From Hydrolagus colliei (taxonomy: Eukaryota), in contig CM068756.1 of the NCBI GenBank assembly GCA_035084275.1, positions 7,564,001 to 7,628,000 of the forward strand: a DNA stretch of 64,000 nucleotides. Reading direction: 5' to 3'. Below, one piece after another: positions 26,670 through 42,325 of this stretch (within the stretch, counting starts at the first letter, position 1; every line of letters starts with the position of its first letter). Under the pieces are notes generated by a model, which ran no database searches, was not told where the DNA came from, and saw nothing but the letters and a program-made list of their open reading frames with translations. The position numbers and the translations under genes were made by a program.

Positions 26670-29600
26670 GGGTGAAACAAAGTCATGTTTTGATGGCAGT
26701 GGGAAGAGTATTTTGAAACAAACAGAAAATCTGTTCCATACTATGTTGTGTTGTTTTATGGAATAAGATGTGAGATAATTGTACCAAAGATCCCGTAAAA
26801 CAATGGCCATTTCACCGTCTTGCATTTAAATAGCGTCCCTTAGGGTAGCGTCTCAGAGTACTTCAGTTAGTGCTTTCAGGACAGATGGGGAGAAATTTGA
26901 TGGGGAAAAAATGCATATTGGTAGTGATTTTGTTTTGTATTGCAGTGGTATCTATACACCGAATAAGTCCAGTAAACTTTAGACTTGCGTGATACAGAGT
27001 TGGACAAATGGCTAATAGAGCTGTTATGTTTTGTCTCAGTAAAAATGTAACTGGCTACAGATCTCATGCCTTTGCTCTTTGTTTTTAACCTGAGAAGTTT
27101 GGTAATCACAATCCAAGTCCTAGTGATGATACAAGCCTCAAGAACACAACAAATTCATGTATAAAAATATACAATAACTAGGGAAAAGACTGTTTAAGGT
27201 TTTCAACAGTTTTACTGACCATTAAACAGTACAATGATCCTACTTATAAGGGGAACAGACTTTATTAAAGTCTGTGAAATTTAAACTGTATACAATGATC
27301 AACTTCTTATCTAATCTACGTGGAATTTTGTTTTTCAGTTGGATTCAGGGGATCCATATATTCACTGTTAATCAATAATTTCTTTGTGTGGAAATATTAA
27401 TTTTCTTATTTGTATGTACAACATCAATTGTATATTACAGGATGTAGTTAAGAATATAGATTTTCTTGTGCAATTTTTAAAATTAAATAATCAGTTTTGC
27501 AAACTTTAAAAAGTGTCAGTGCAAACAACTTCTTTGTCTTAATCCATTAATTGCTAAACTTCAAGCTTTACTTTTATGTAATGATCAATAGTTACAAATT
27601 CTTAGGTTAGAAAGTTATGAATTTTACTTAACTCACCTCCGGATGTATGAACAGTCTATAAAATGGATAACAAGCAATGATTTCAAACTAAGCTCAATGA
27701 AAGAAAAGCACCCACCAGTTCATTTTGCTAACAGATATGCAAGACTGCACAGCCGGCATCCCACTTGCATGCCAGCACACCAATAAATTAAGATATTCCT
27801 GGCGCATCTGCACAGGGGAAATTAGAGCATTACCTGTTCTCCGCCAGCGCGCTAGCTTCCTAGCTGCATGCACAGCCCATGCTGAGCGACCAGCTGTCTG
27901 GGAATGTGCCACTACGATCAGTACACAGGAGCCATGGGATCTCTTAGGAGAGCCGCTCTAATATCACAACTGCTTCACTGCAGGATTGTTCCCTTCATAG
28001 CACAATACTCAAACACTTCCTTTTCTCACCATTTCAACTGCAAACCTGGTGGCTGAGCAATAGCAAAATACATTCTATAAGTTCTTTCTTCAGAAAAAGT
28101 ATCAGATTGACAGACATGTAAAAGGTCCTTAGAGTTTTGAAACTAGGTCCTGCCTTCATTGTGAATGTGCATCCCATGGCTTACTTTACTGCGCAGGAAG
28201 AGAATCTGTTTCGTGCAATGATCAAAGAATCACTTTCAAAAGCTAAAATCCCTGTAAAGATTTAGTGTCTAGCTGTGTGTATTTTGCTCTGAATTAACAC
28301 ATTTACTTGTGTCCTTTGATTTTTTTTTGGGTGGAAGCCGGTTCATATATGCTTCATAGCTTCAGATAAACCCTTTGTTCTGTTGAGGCTGATCAGCTGG
28401 TACTGCACTGAAGGTGAAGCTGGAAGGAAATACACCAGGGTTCCATGGGTTTCAAAAAGTCAAATTACCTCTGTGCCATGGCATGGTTGATAATTTAAAT
28501 GAAAAAAATATATATACACAGACTACACTGCACAACATTTCAACTGTTAGGACTTTTAATGAAGCCCCAGTTGTGATGACACTGAGGCAAGGAACGCTAC
28601 AGTGGGATAATTACTTGGCTCCCTTGCAGCTGAGTTTCACAGATGCATTATTAACAGTGCTTTCCACGCCATAACGAGCGTCAATTGTAGGTGGGATTCA
28701 CAAACCAGGCATCCGCCATTAGCAGGTTTGCACAAATACAAATGAGTGTTTTCACAAAATCCTGCAAAGGTTGTGAAATTCCAATGAATTCTTTACAGAA
28801 TAGTTCAGGCTGCCATGACCGGATATGTCACCTCTCTCGGCACAGTGCGCTCTGAGTGATGCACCATGGGAAATTACAGAATCAGGATGCATCGATTTCC
28901 TGCAGAAAATCCAGACAATGGGGTGGACGGAGAATTAAAGACAAAAATAAACAACCTACATTTTGTTCTTTGCGTAGAATTCCAATTCTGCAATTTTTGG
29001 AACGTTCTGCATAAAAAATGACATCCTTTCAAATTGCATACTGTTTACCTTACCACCGGATTTTCAATATATACTTTGCTCGACCAGTCAAAAAATATTC
29101 ACGTAATTACCACCTTTTTGGTTATGATTTTACACAGATATAAATGTAAAATAAACCTAACGGTATCGACGTTCACTTATGCACTAGTAGTCCGAGTCTG
29201 CAGAGAATGTTCAGTTTCAAGGTGACTCTTTTGTGTTACCCCAAGTGCCTGTACATGTGGACTGAACTAACAGTCTCCCAGTAATTAACACCAGTGGTTA
29301 ATGAAGTCCAGCTGCCGTGATGGCTGGATGAAGAAATGCCAATCTCTGCAAAAGCCTACGCAGAATTGATTTTCATTACTAATTTGGCATGACAATCTTT
29401 GGAGATTTTATTTTATGGAATCAATTTTTTAAAAACTGGGTAAAATTGATAAGTCTTTAATTGTATACTTTTTTAAATACAGTATTTGCTTTTACTGATC
29501 ATAGTGCAGTGAAATTGGTTTTCTTACTTAATTCCTATTGAACAATAATTAGTCCCTTTTCTATTCATGACTTTATTGCAGCATCTTAATGGAATAGTTT

Positions 29601-32600
29601 TGTAGCCAAAAAAAAGTTCAAAACATTAAATTGTTCCTTCTAAGCATAATTAAATTGCTTGGACTGATCCTAATCACCAGTAACATGTCCTGTTAGAACA
29701 CAATAATTAAAATTAGTAACCAAACCTTGATTATGAGGCTATCTTTGGGTAATAAGACACTATAAAACAGAATTACTTTGAAATTACTCTGGCCCATTGA
29801 GCACCTAACTACTTGATCTACTGTATGCCAATAGGATATTAACACTGAATTTATTAAAAAAAACATTGCCAGCTACACCTCACTGCTATATGAAAGACAC
29901 TATTAGAATTCATCACAAAATGTCACTTTACATTACATGTGCATTGCTATATCCATTTGACTTGAGTTGTTCAGTAGATAATCAGTCTAGACATTTATGA
30001 CCATTCAATCTAAATATTTAAATGTTTCCATTAGAATACAACAGGAATTAATTGGGAGCAAACCAAATAGTCCCGTAAAAATTTAAATTGTTTATAATCC
30101 ACAATTTTTGAATGTATCCTTTCCTTTGTGTAACTATGGTTATTTATCTTCACTTCCGGCTTGCATTAGATTAAAAAAATTGTTATTGTCTATTTGAAAT
30201 CGCATCCTCAACTGCATCCTCAAAACCGATGAATCCTCAATGTAATCTCCTTAGGTATTGCTGAAATTTAAAATGTATCATTGCAATGTGACCTGACTTT
30301 AAAATTTTTAGGAGCACATATAATTTCCATAAGTAGAATATAACATCACTCATTAACCATGATGAGCACTAATTTATTTTAAACATAGTAAACTCTTGTT
30401 AACTCATCATTCCAAGGGACAAGAGCTCAGCGACTAGTTATTCGGAGTGATTAATTAGGCAAAGGTCATCACATAGAGATCATAATGGGGGCGCTGGTGC
30501 AGGTAGGGTAGGAGGCTTCTGAGATGCAAGATCCCATCTTATAGGACTAGTAATCCAATCAATTTTACATTGTAAGTAATATAAATGTAAGAATTATTAT
30601 TATTACAAAAAATTCTAGACGGCATCTAGTTATTTGTTACGCAGAGTGACAAGCAAAGGTGATTCCCTTATTAACATTTTGCATGGGAAGCTGGGATATT
30701 GACAGCATGGCTAGTGAGGTCGTAATGACAAGTTAAGACAGGATCATGCTATCAGGATTTTACTATATGTGGCTTTTTTTATGTACATCACTTCACCGCT
30801 TTATGTATTGAAATGAGTTTGCAATTCATGTCATCTTGCTGATAACCAATATCACTCTTAATACAGACAACTCTTGACACCGACAATAATATTTCCCTGC
30901 ATTTTCAATAAGTTAATTTGTGTTTGTTTTGACTATACCAAAATGAGTCAACCCTATCTGGGCAGATTTAAGATATAGCTACATTTGAGTGAAAATGCAT
31001 TTCCCAATTAACACTACGGTCGCTGTCTTTCAGTCAGGGATGATCTAATATTTATTCCTTGGTTCACAAATTTGATCGTCTTTTTGCCTAGTTTCACACA
31101 AAGAAAACATGCGAACATAAAATAAAACAATGAAAGCTCATCCTTTGTTCATGCCACCAGAAGGCAGCAACTCTGGACTCAAGCTACTGGAGAGAAAACA
31201 GAAGGAGCTCCATGGCCATCGACAAGCCAGTGACCCTCATGAATGTCACACTTCCAATTTGACAGTATCAAAGAAAACCGATGAATCCCATTACACATGA
31301 GAATTGGGAGAGTAAATCTAATCTTAGTAGATAAACTAAGTAACTATACAATTACAGACTCTTACAAACCTCTTACGTATTGGCCTCTATCTCCTTTCTC
31401 CGAACACTTCAAATAGCAAATGCTTTCCATTTAGATTTTGTTTAATAAAACTTGTTTTGGGCAAATAGAGGAGAATAAATAGTTCTACAAACCAATTTTA
31501 GACATGTGATATGAGAGATTGTAAAGAGACTCTCAACAAATATTGATACTAATTTTACCTCCCTAAAGAAAGCTAAGATCAAAGTGATTCTATATATTGG
31601 GATTTCAAACTTGTGCTTCAGGCCTTGTTACAAATTATCAGTATATCACTCACAACTATCGACATTTCTTGTAATTCAAGCCACGTTCTGGACCCAATGT
31701 GAGCAGCTATTGGTGATGTTGAAGTGTTACGACTTTGAGAATTTAAGTGGGCTCTGGTACTATCTGCTACGTGAGATTACCAAGAGATTAGCTATTTGAT
31801 TTGGAACTATTCACCAAACTTGCTTTTGCCCATCATATTTTTCTCCTGCCTACCAAAAGTGATCTAACTAGCCTTTGAAGGAAAGACAGGCATGTCTAGT
31901 CATCGGATATTTTGCTCCACGTTGCACTGTTTCTATTTGACAAGTCAATCAAAAATCATTACTTTTACCACTGGAGCAGAATATAGATGGACAGATGAGA
32001 AACCACTCTCACAGTATATTTATCCAATGATGGCAATGGCAGTACTCATCTATCATTCTAAGTATTATGGAAAATGATTAGGGTAGATCAATGGGTTTGA
32101 GGAGGTTATCCAACTGATATGACATCTGGCCCACATGGATCTACAATAATTCAGACCAATAAACTGTCTCTTTTCAAAAAAAATCTGATTATTACAGACA
32201 ATTAATGAACTGAAGTGGCACAACAGAATTGGTCTTTTCCAAATTAATAAGCAAAAGGTATCTTCTCCTATTTCATTATTTTCCATGAAAAATCAAAGCT
32301 TTAAAATGAAATTAGATTAGAGGATAGATAACTCTGAGAAAGATAACTTTTGGAATAGCCAAAACAAATCCCGCCGATGCATAAAAAATACTCTCAGTGA
32401 ATTATCTACCCATTTTCCCCAAAATATTCTTTAGTTTTGACTTCTTGCTTGAAATACATATTTATATTTTTAAGTGGATAACGTGCTAAAGCATCCATAT
32501 AAAATGTTGGTATACCTGTGCAAGACAGTACTAACCACCTTTCAATATGTGGGTTATTTGGTGATTATGCCAACATAGAGGTGCCACCCCCCGTCCCACC

Positions 32601-33164
32601 CAAAAGTGATCACTCTTTGTTCAGAGTATGTTTGAACTAGAAATCAATTATACAGATAGAATCTTTCTGGAAACTATAATATGAGCAAGAATCCAGATTT
32701 GGATACCAGATCTCTTGACTATCTACAGCCCTCAACGCCAGAATCCAATATGTTCCAGTCAGCAGAATTGCATCTTAAGACACTATTTCTGGGGAAACTC
32801 AGGTATCAGTAAGCAACAAGGAATTCTTCTCTAAGGAAGTCTAGAAAGGGGAAACATTTTCACCCGAAGGATCACTATACCTAAGCCTGCTGGACAGAAA
32901 GTCAGTTGTGTAATTATATAAACTTTAGAAAAAACCACAGCGGAGTTAGTTCTTCGGCAATTCAGTCACCATCTGCAGAATCACCAATCAATATATCAAT
33001 CAACAAGGGAGCAGAAAATCAATTAGTTTATATAAGAATACAAATAAAATTAGTGATGACTATATTGGTGCCCAGGTATCGCTTTGATGTGCTTGTAATC
33101 TAAGCAATCTAGGAGATCATACTTGCCAACTTCAATGAAATCAAACAACTGGTCACTATTAATA

Positions 33165-33570
33165 CAGTGAAACTCACACAAGTCATATCAATCAGGAATA
33201 TGACATTTAATATAGCCTCAGCGATCTATGAGGGTACAGGCAAACTTGTGTAAGGTAGGTTTTATATGACTAATAAATAACAGTAAATAAAAATATCGTT
33301 TTCCGCACTTGTTTCAGGGAAGTTCAATGTACTGCGCATGAGGTACTTCATCACTGCAGTCGGTGAGTGCACGTGCAGTGACGGGGCAAGACTTTGTTTC
33401 CTACCCTTGTTTCAAATGGTTGGGTGTTACATGTTAAGAAGATGATTTGTATATGATTTAAGATGTTCCGATTCATAAAGTACGATTAGTGAAAGAAATC
33501 CAAAGTGTTTTCTGGTTGGTAGCTGAAAGGGAATCGGTGTACGTATGACTTAGGCGATTATAAAAAGTCC
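33165..33570. mobile_element. Older TA-flanked (Tc1/mariner-like) MITE, copy 1
   Basis: Starts TA|CAGTGAAACTCACACAAGT; reverse-complement similarity to 38916-39447 and 48130-48388. Confidence 0.65.
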
Positions 33571-35985
33571 ACCCATGCTACTATAGGTACTTAAAGCTCC
33601 TTCTTTTGTTGGGTCATTAGAATTTCAATTTTCATTAAATGTAGAATACGTAAATATGTTTAGAGGCTCTGTTGCAGAGTTTGAGATCTTAGCAGCAGAA
33701 ACAGGAGTACCACCAATCAGCCAGAATCATATTTTGTAGAAACTTTCTACCTTTCCGTTGATTGCTAAGATAAAGATTTGTAAGTATGAAGACGAAAGTC
33801 ATATAAATGACCATATTCTGACATGACATCTTTCATTTTTCAAAATCTTATGCTGGATTTAGTATAATCTATTTTTCCTGTTTGCCCACAAAATACAGTC
33901 ACATTACTTTGTACTGTAGTATATAGTGTGAAATATTTTGATTTGTCAACAATGTGATAAGATGTTATTGCAAATATAAGGAGTATTATTAAATATGAGG
34001 TGACACTCCAGTGTTGAATAGGAATTTGGCGCCTTGGGCCATCCCCCCGACGTGAAAGGCGCTCTGTAATTTTCCTATTGTTGCTGGAAGTCCTTTATTT
34101 AGACAAGATGTTGCCTCTATTCTTTTGGTTCAAGTGGGTCTCAAGGTCCCAAAAGTACTATTTTACAATAACAAAATAGAATATACATTTATATATTGCT
34201 TTCATGTAGGGAGGTCATCTCAAAGCACTTTTGGCTGGGCACCTGAGGTAGGGGTGAGAGCCAAGGGAGATGGGACGGGAAAGATGACTGAGATAGGTAT
34301 TTTGAAGGAATGCGGAGTTATTGCACAAACTTTGATGAATTTCAACATAAATCAAATAAAGGTACAATAGTTAACTGCAAATGAAAAATAGCACACAGTT
34401 ATGCTAATGGGGCAAAATAGAAGGGCTGTACATTTGTCTGAACTACATTCAACGAAAGAAGATGGATCTTAATCTTAGTTTTAATAATTCTTCATTGATT
34501 TACCACTTTCAAATGGATCACAACAAAGTTATAAGTTAAACAAAGGGTTATTAACACCAAGGTTGATTATATTGCAGCATACAGACCTGTGGAAATTTGT
34601 TAATTTCATAGCAATGAAAGCAGTATATAAAATGTTGCTCAAAAGTAATCAGTGAAGCTAACACAATGAGCATTGGGAAAATAGATGCATCAGAAATCGC
34701 TTGAACAAATGAGAGTAACTGCTTCCATCCAATGAAAAAAGTAAGATAGGAAAAAGTATTATGAAGCAATATGCATTGGTTTCTCTTGACAAGATCTACA
34801 CAGGGTAACACACAAACCTCCATGAAGCATTATGATCTTGATCTGACAGTTCCAAATGATAAGCCCTTTGCACTGCTGCACTCCAAGCTGCCCTTGACAA
34901 TGAGTTATAGATTCTTACCAATAGAATGTGCTGAACTTTTTCTACAGATTTAAAACTATACAAAGTGTATTATACTCGATCAAATTTTATAATCCAGTTA
35001 GTCACCTATTGTTTTGTAATTGTTTATCTAATATTAAAATGAACAGTTATTTGGTGTTTGCCAACAACAATGTATACTTATATAGCATAGCATCATCACA
35101 CAGACTAGCGTCTCACAAGCGCTGAAAAATCCTTGATTATAGCTGCATATATAATGAAGCTAGTGCTTTGTGAACGACAATGAAACACTAATTCTTTTCA
35201 AAAAAAAGGACCAACTATCTCCAGAACCAACACCAAGTCCACCGCAGGCAATATTGAGTTAACATTATAGTTGTCACCTCTGCCTACATTTGTGAGAAAA
35301 CATTAGCAATGTGTAAACAACTTTCACCACACAGGGTATTGAAAGACTGTTGAGTGCTGCGGCTCATCTGTCCTCACACCTTCAAAAGAATCACTGTAAC
35401 CTTTTGTTGTGAAAGACCAACAAAAATCAATCTGTGGGTAATCCCATTTGTCAAAGGTGAATAGGATTGTCTCTAGAAAAGATTTATTTGGATTCTGATC
35501 AAAATGTACATTTTGATAATCTGGCTGTTTTTGTCCACACTCTGTAAAACATTTGATACACTAGAGTGGGAATAAGTCTGAGTCTCTCCTCATTTGTGTA
35601 TGTGCTTATCTACTCCTGACTCTCACTAATTTGGTTTGCATTTGATTCACAAACACTATAGAGCTAGCTATGCCACTCAATTCTAAACCACTCTATGTGT
35701 CATTAAATATGAGGCGAGGTTTGTGCTCCCTAAAGATGGTGTTGTCCAGTAAGGGAACTAAAGATGTTATAAAGCAAGGATTATTAAGCAAGGTATAGTT
35801 GATCTGGCAACAGAGGAAAACCATGCTATGAAATTCTCCAGTGAGTTATATTAAAGAAGCTCAAAAGAGGCAATGGATATGCATATGTAATAAACTGAAG
35901 TACATCGGATGGTTTATGCAATTTAAGATTGGGGAAATGCCTTCAGACTCCCTGGTATATATCCAGCTCTCAGCAAAGTCTTTAG

Positions 35986-36033
35986 ATCACAGTTGTGACT
36001 GCTATAGATATCACAGTTGTGACTGCTATAGAT
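35986..36033. repeat. Perfect 24-bp tandem duplication
   Basis: (atcacagttgtgactgctatagat)x2. Confidence 0.9.
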
Positions 36034-38915
36034 CCCACAGCTGTTTACTCAGAAGCTTATTCAGTGAGAATTGTACCTCACAATGCATGGGAATACACCA
36101 TTCTGCGATGAGCTTGTGGTGTCATCCCTTTATGAATGTTTGCAGGGGCGGGGTGGGGGGCTGCCTTTCCATCAAATTATTTGTGTAATTATACATATTA
36201 AGTTTGGGTGTTTATTTTTCATCTTAATTAGCATTTCATTAGCGTTCACCCTTCAATTAATAAAGTTAAAATTAATTTTAAAACAGAGTCAATGATCAAA
36301 TTATCTAAGGATTAGTATGGATTCAGTTTTAAGAAAAATAGCTAAAACTAAAAGTGCAGTAAAAAGTAAAACGATTGAAAATGGTTACAGTGCACTCACT
36401 TCCACCCCCTCCCACTCCAATATCTATCCTGTTTGAGCTGTCTCTCCATCTCTGTGAAGCACTTTGAGAGTTTTTCCCTACTTGATACAATACAAGTTCA
36501 GTTGCACTACATGTGTTCAGATCCATTGGTTACAAGACTATCCATTAACAAACAGAATTGTTAAGAGGGCAATACTTGCAAATTAAGTCTTTCACCTTTC
36601 ATTACCTCAATGACAACATCTGGATATTCAAGAGCATAACTGTCTGGGGGTTTTAATCTCTGCAGCACCTTATTGCACAAATTTGTGACTATTCATAGCA
36701 ATAAAAGGTCTGCCATTGTGAGGGCCATGATACAGAAGTAGTGGGTACACAATTAACTAGAAAAAGATACTAGTCAAACCATCTTAGCTTAATCTTTTCT
36801 GTATAGACAAAACATTATGAATGAATGAACAATTATATCAGTATGTAATTAATAAGTGACAACCCAAACACATAACAGCAAAACCTAGATTTTTGGGGTC
36901 ATCATAGTGAATACAAGAATAGCCACAAATTAAATTGATGATGGGAACAATATTTAAATATTACCCATGTATCGGAAAAAATAAACTGGTGAAGTTTTAA
37001 AGAAAATTGCTGCCTGCAATAAAATTGGCAGAAGGAGGGAAACTTTAGAAATATAAGAAACTTTACACATAACGAAGGGTAAAAAAGCACAAATAAAACT
37101 CTAAGGATATAGTTTAATAACATTCTTGCTACCTTAATGCAGTGAATGGAAATATGAAATGTTAATTTGTATTTTCGATGTACACCATTCTCCAGAGTGT
37201 AACAGAGCACAAATATACTTGCACACAACTTGTTAAATTTTATAAATATAATTGAGTCCTTTCTGAGTAATCCCCAAAGACCTGGCTTTTTATCTCCCAA
37301 TAGCTACAGAGGAAGAAATCACAGAAACACTTTCACATCATCTGCACAGGAAGTTCTCCCCTGTGCTGCTAGTTTGGCAGGCTAATGTGAGACTACGATA
37401 GCTATCGCTGTGCAAACAGAAATGTAAGCTCGAAATTCCAGTACTGCTTTTACACAGGAAACAAAATAGCAAGTAGGTTGCAAGTGAAGCAGCGTGCAAA
37501 GAAGATTTTGCCACATGAATTAATGTACATTAACTTATATTTTTGCTGCTAATTTACAATTCACCTTTACACCTTTACAATTCAATTCTTAACTCATTAT
37601 CGTCCTGTAAAAGCTTGTACATTCCTGCTATTTAGGTCTTGTGATTAGATTAACAAAACTCTTAAACATGCATCAATTCTCTTGTACTGGTGGAAAATTA
37701 TTTGTTGTCATCATTCAATGATACAAAGGATAATTTATGCATTTGTCTTACTGGCTCTATTCCCTGCCTCTTTCACAAAATGAACAATGTAGATCTTTCT
37801 CATCTTTTATCTTCATCTTTCTTAGCTGTATTCACTAAATATTGGGTGAAGGCTTTAAGAACAATCAGTGTCTGATCTATGTATACATTCAGAAATGTTA
37901 CTTGTGTCCGTACAAGTGCTCAATCTCATTGCTTATTGTTTGATTGCATTTTGTCTACTGCCTTTGCAGTACTGTACATCTCTAAATGAGTAAAACATGT
38001 TTCATATGCTCCATAATCCACAGAAAAGAGCATCGCAACCCAAAATTTAGAACGTAACTAATCCAGTTTCCATCATTGTAAGGATACGCAAGAATTAAAA
38101 GTGGCAACATTACAAACTAGGAACATAGTAATTAAATGAAAAACGTGACAATTTCCAAAATATGACTAGACTAAAAAAAATGCTGTGCAAACTAAGTATA
38201 TATACTAAGTATTGCATATAACGTGATGTGGGAGCACAAATTACATGAAAAGAGGTTTCCTTTTGGCCCAAACTGACATGCAGCGTTGCAGCTTCAAAAA
38301 GAAACACCCCAGTCTCAGTCAATGCTGCTTAGGTAAACATTTGTCGCACAACTGACTGATGGCAATTATTACAGTAATGTTTTAAGCCAGAATTAATCTT
38401 TATGTATGTAAATCATAATTATATCCCACTCAAAAATTTCAAGGTTAATTATGTGACAAAAAATATGATGCAGTGTTGTAAGCTTCAGTACACAGTAAGT
38501 GAACTAAGGGTTAGCATGAAGTATTATCTCTGATGCATGAGTTAACAGATGTTCTAAGCCTGTGAATTGATTGAGGCATGCTGTCAGACCAGTGCTAATG
38601 ATGACTTCCAAAAACATTGCACCTTGACAACCACTGTCACAGCTCAGACAAGTGTTACAGGAAAGGTGTTTTGTTAACATTCTGGCATGCACATAAATAC
38701 TATAATATCAGGACGGATATTAAACAAGTGTAATCACAGCTACATACAACAACATGGGACAAAACTCTTACTCAAGAGGAAAGAAACTTAAAACTGAGAT
38801 TGCTGCCTGATATGAAGATACAGTACGAACAAAACCAAGTTCACTTATATCACCTAGAAAAATAAAAGTTACTATCCAGGCCATTAAGCATACGAATGAC
38901 TAGAAACTGCTATTA

Positions 38916-39447
38916 CAGTAAAATTCGCATAAGTCTTTCTTTATAAATCATATAATCGCCTAAGTCGACCTGAGCCCCACTCAGTTTCCTATCAAAACCA
39001 CGTAAGATTTCTTTGCACTAATAATAATAATCCTTGCATTTAATCTAGCACTTTATCACAGTTTCTAGACGTCTCAAAGCGCTTCACAAAATATGCTGTA
39101 AAGTGATTGTATTCTTTGCGCTGCTCATATTAATCATCTACTAACTCTTACCACTGCTCCCATATCCTCCATTACTCCCACACTTACAGGCTGCACTGAA
39201 TCAGGAAATGAGGCCCTAACCCGTCAATGCACGCACACTGGTTGACCGCCTACATTAAATCGCGGGAAACACAGTCTTGATCTATCACCACATACACTTA
39301 CTGGCTGTGCTGAGTTACGCATGTGCAGAGTAGATTGATTTAATCGGATTTTGTACAATTTATATAAGTTTGCTTACAACTCTCACTTAGCGTAAGTCAC
39401 AATAAATATTGTTGTCCTGACTGATACAACTTACGTGAGTTTTATTG
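38916..39447. mobile_element. Older TA-flanked MITE, copy 2, with nested SINE tail (about 39018-39110)
   Basis: TA|CAGTAAAATTCGCATAAGT ... ACTTACGTGAGTTTTATTG degenerate TIRs; internal (AAT)n ccttgcatttaatctagcac...gacgtctcaaagcgcttcac SINE tail. Confidence 0.7.
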
Positions 39448-42325
39448 CACTTTGCGTACTTATATGATTTAACCATTTTAATGTTATTTTTCAAATGGAA
39501 CACCGCACTGCCAGTGAGGTAGCACATTTACCATCTCCACCATCAGCAGCACATAAAGAGCTGCTCTCTACATTAACCAGAGTAACAGCAATGTAAGAAC
39601 ATTGACTTCAAGAAAGAAAACAGCTAAATTTTAAAAAGGATTTTCTGAAAAGATTTTAAAGACTGATGGAGGAGGCGTGTTTTTGAAATTCATATAAATA
39701 CTTCACCTCTGCTCTTGCAAGTTCTGATATTGGAAAAACAAATCTGAATCACAGGTTACTGAACAATCGCAAAACATTTAGCTGTGAGAACAGTGTGCCG
39801 GAAATGTCAGGGGAAGAAATGCTACAAAATATTTGACATGAATTGCCTGTGGACTATGTTTTTACTTGCATTGACTAAAAACTTTGATAATCCTGTACTT
39901 TTGTAACTCCATAAACCCAAAATAGTGGCACAAAGGTCCAATTAATTTGTTAGGATTCCTGAGAGTTTATTTTTAAAAATACACAGACTTGGGAATGAAT
40001 GCACAAAACTGTTATTCATACACTTTAGCATTTGCAATTCAATCTTTTTCTACCAATCTAATGTAAGAATAGGTTTCACACAAGTGGGATTAATATTGTT
40101 TTGCAATAACACAGCAAGTTCTTAATGGAGAGGGAAAAAAGTTTTTAAAAAAGCAATGAAAAAGAACAACGTTTGTGATGCTGTCTTTACTTTGCATGTG
40201 TAATTTCAAACCACACAAAGGTGTACAATACCATCTGTCAACATCATTCAACATGGCACTGAAACTGCCGAAAACAATTGAGTCTTTTGCAGAAACAAAA
40301 TAGTTAATTGGTCACATTCTATATACAGAGTAAAATAAATGAAGGTACATGGCACAAGTTCAAGACTGTAATCTGATTGTAAGGGTTTTGAAGCATTTAT
40401 AAACTGCATGAGCTCAAACCTTTAATTAGGTTAGTCCTGTAACCCACTCTTGGGTATCCATTATTTTACACTCAAATTATAATATTACCTGTAACCAAGC
40501 AAGACCTTTTGCTAGTGAGAAGAATGCTAGTGAGTATTCATTAGTATGACTAAAGATTCTGATCACACAACTGCCTAACCTGGTGAATTGCTCTTGCAAA
40601 ACACAGACAGGCATTGGTAAATCAATCCTATCATGACACAGATTTTCTAACAGTTTCCCATCTTGTTCAGTAGCTACTTGGCCACTTAACCTATCACTGG
40701 GCTTACAAGTATTAATTTGTATAGCTGTCATTTAAAAAGGATAAATCAGGATACCTATGCATCATTTACCACCATTTTGAGTTGCAGAACCCAGATTATG
40801 TGTCCCTATTTTCTGCTCAAAAACTTGACTGGAGCATCCTTGTTTAAATTCATTATCCTATTACCATAAAAACATGCACTGAAACTACTTGACTATCAGT
40901 ACTTCCTACAGTTCTCTTGGTCATTCAAGCATGAGGCACTGCCAATCTCAATCACACTACATTGTGAACAAACAGCCCTCGTTGGTTGTGCAAGTTATGG
41001 GATTTATTATTCAACATGACATTGTAAGTAGCACAGCCTACTCCAACGACCAGTGGTTTACAATAGTTGACAATTCCTGATCACGGGACTCTAACCCACC
41101 CCGCCGCCCCCCCTTTGCCTAAACTCAGCAACACTGCTCCAGATTGGTTAGGGCCGAGGTATTTCAGACCCACAAATCACATATTTCATTACTGCTGAAA
41201 CAACCATGTGCAACATTCACTTTTCTGCAGCACATCTCGGATCTCGAATCAAAAAAGGATGGTTGTTTGTACGCAATCTTAAAACTTGCAAGCTTAAGTT
41301 GTTCTCCAATTTTACCATCCCCCTCTAGAGAAACACCTTGCCTCCAGTCATCACTTCTCCATAGCACCCCGTGGTTGGGAGCACACCATGAAAAGAATCA
41401 CTCATGTCTTACACCTCCATGTGTAGCATGTTAGTCTACTAACACTCAGCATCAATGAACTACATTATAAACAGTTTGTATCTGGCTTCAAATTATTTTA
41501 AGAACGACTACTTTTGTAGGTGGGTAGGAATTTTAAATGAATTTACATGGACTGAATTGACCACTGGCTAGTTAAGGATTAAGAAAGTTTATTCCATGCT
41601 ACATTAGCAGACAGTTCGGCCCCCTGTGCCCAACACATTCTGACCTGAAAAAGGCTCAGCAGGAGATGCACTACATGGAGAAAAGAAAGGATGATTAAGC
41701 TGTCCCCTGTTCAATTTTGCATTGTTCAGACATAAAAGACTGAGAAATAATTGGCATTTAAAGAGATTAGCATGGTGATGCATTTGGAAATACCTAATGG
41801 AGATGCTTTGCTAAATCATATAGTCAGCATATATTTTTCAGCACAAAAATTATAGTGTAGACAAAAAATAGTTCCTACTGTTTAAGACTATATGCTGCCT
41901 TAGCTATCCTTGCACACACAATGTTATGATTATGTTAAGAGGAACAATAAAGATCTCTGAATCAGTCAAAAGATTAAATGTTTAATTATCCAAACAACCA
42001 TCAACCATGTTCAAATTTTCCCACAAAACTAAAAATGTTGTTTCCATCAGTTTTATTGTCGTCATTGCCTTTAAAGGGCAATTCTAGCCATGTCAACACA
42101 GACTGAATGGTACCTTCAATTGCACTATTTACTCTATGCATAGACACACATATGTATAAATCAATCAATTATAGAAATGAATGTAAAAGGAGTTATTGAC
42201 TGACAAAATTAACTCCTACCTTTACAGAATGTAAGTGTTTACAGATGACATTAGAGATTAGCAAGTACCACCTAATTTTGAATGCTAAAATCAGACCAAA
42301 ACCACCAGGGCATTATATACAAGTG

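Noticed and set aside
26285-26716. 143-aa Ile/Tyr-rich ORF
   Set aside because: Translation of the ATATCG subterminal repeats of the hAT MITE.
27720-28920. GC-richer patches (also 6500-6710, 10500-10620, 54370-54630) as possible exons
   Set aside because: No convincing ORF or splice pair; partial self-complementarity suggests decayed palindromic MITEs, but I could not define their ends.
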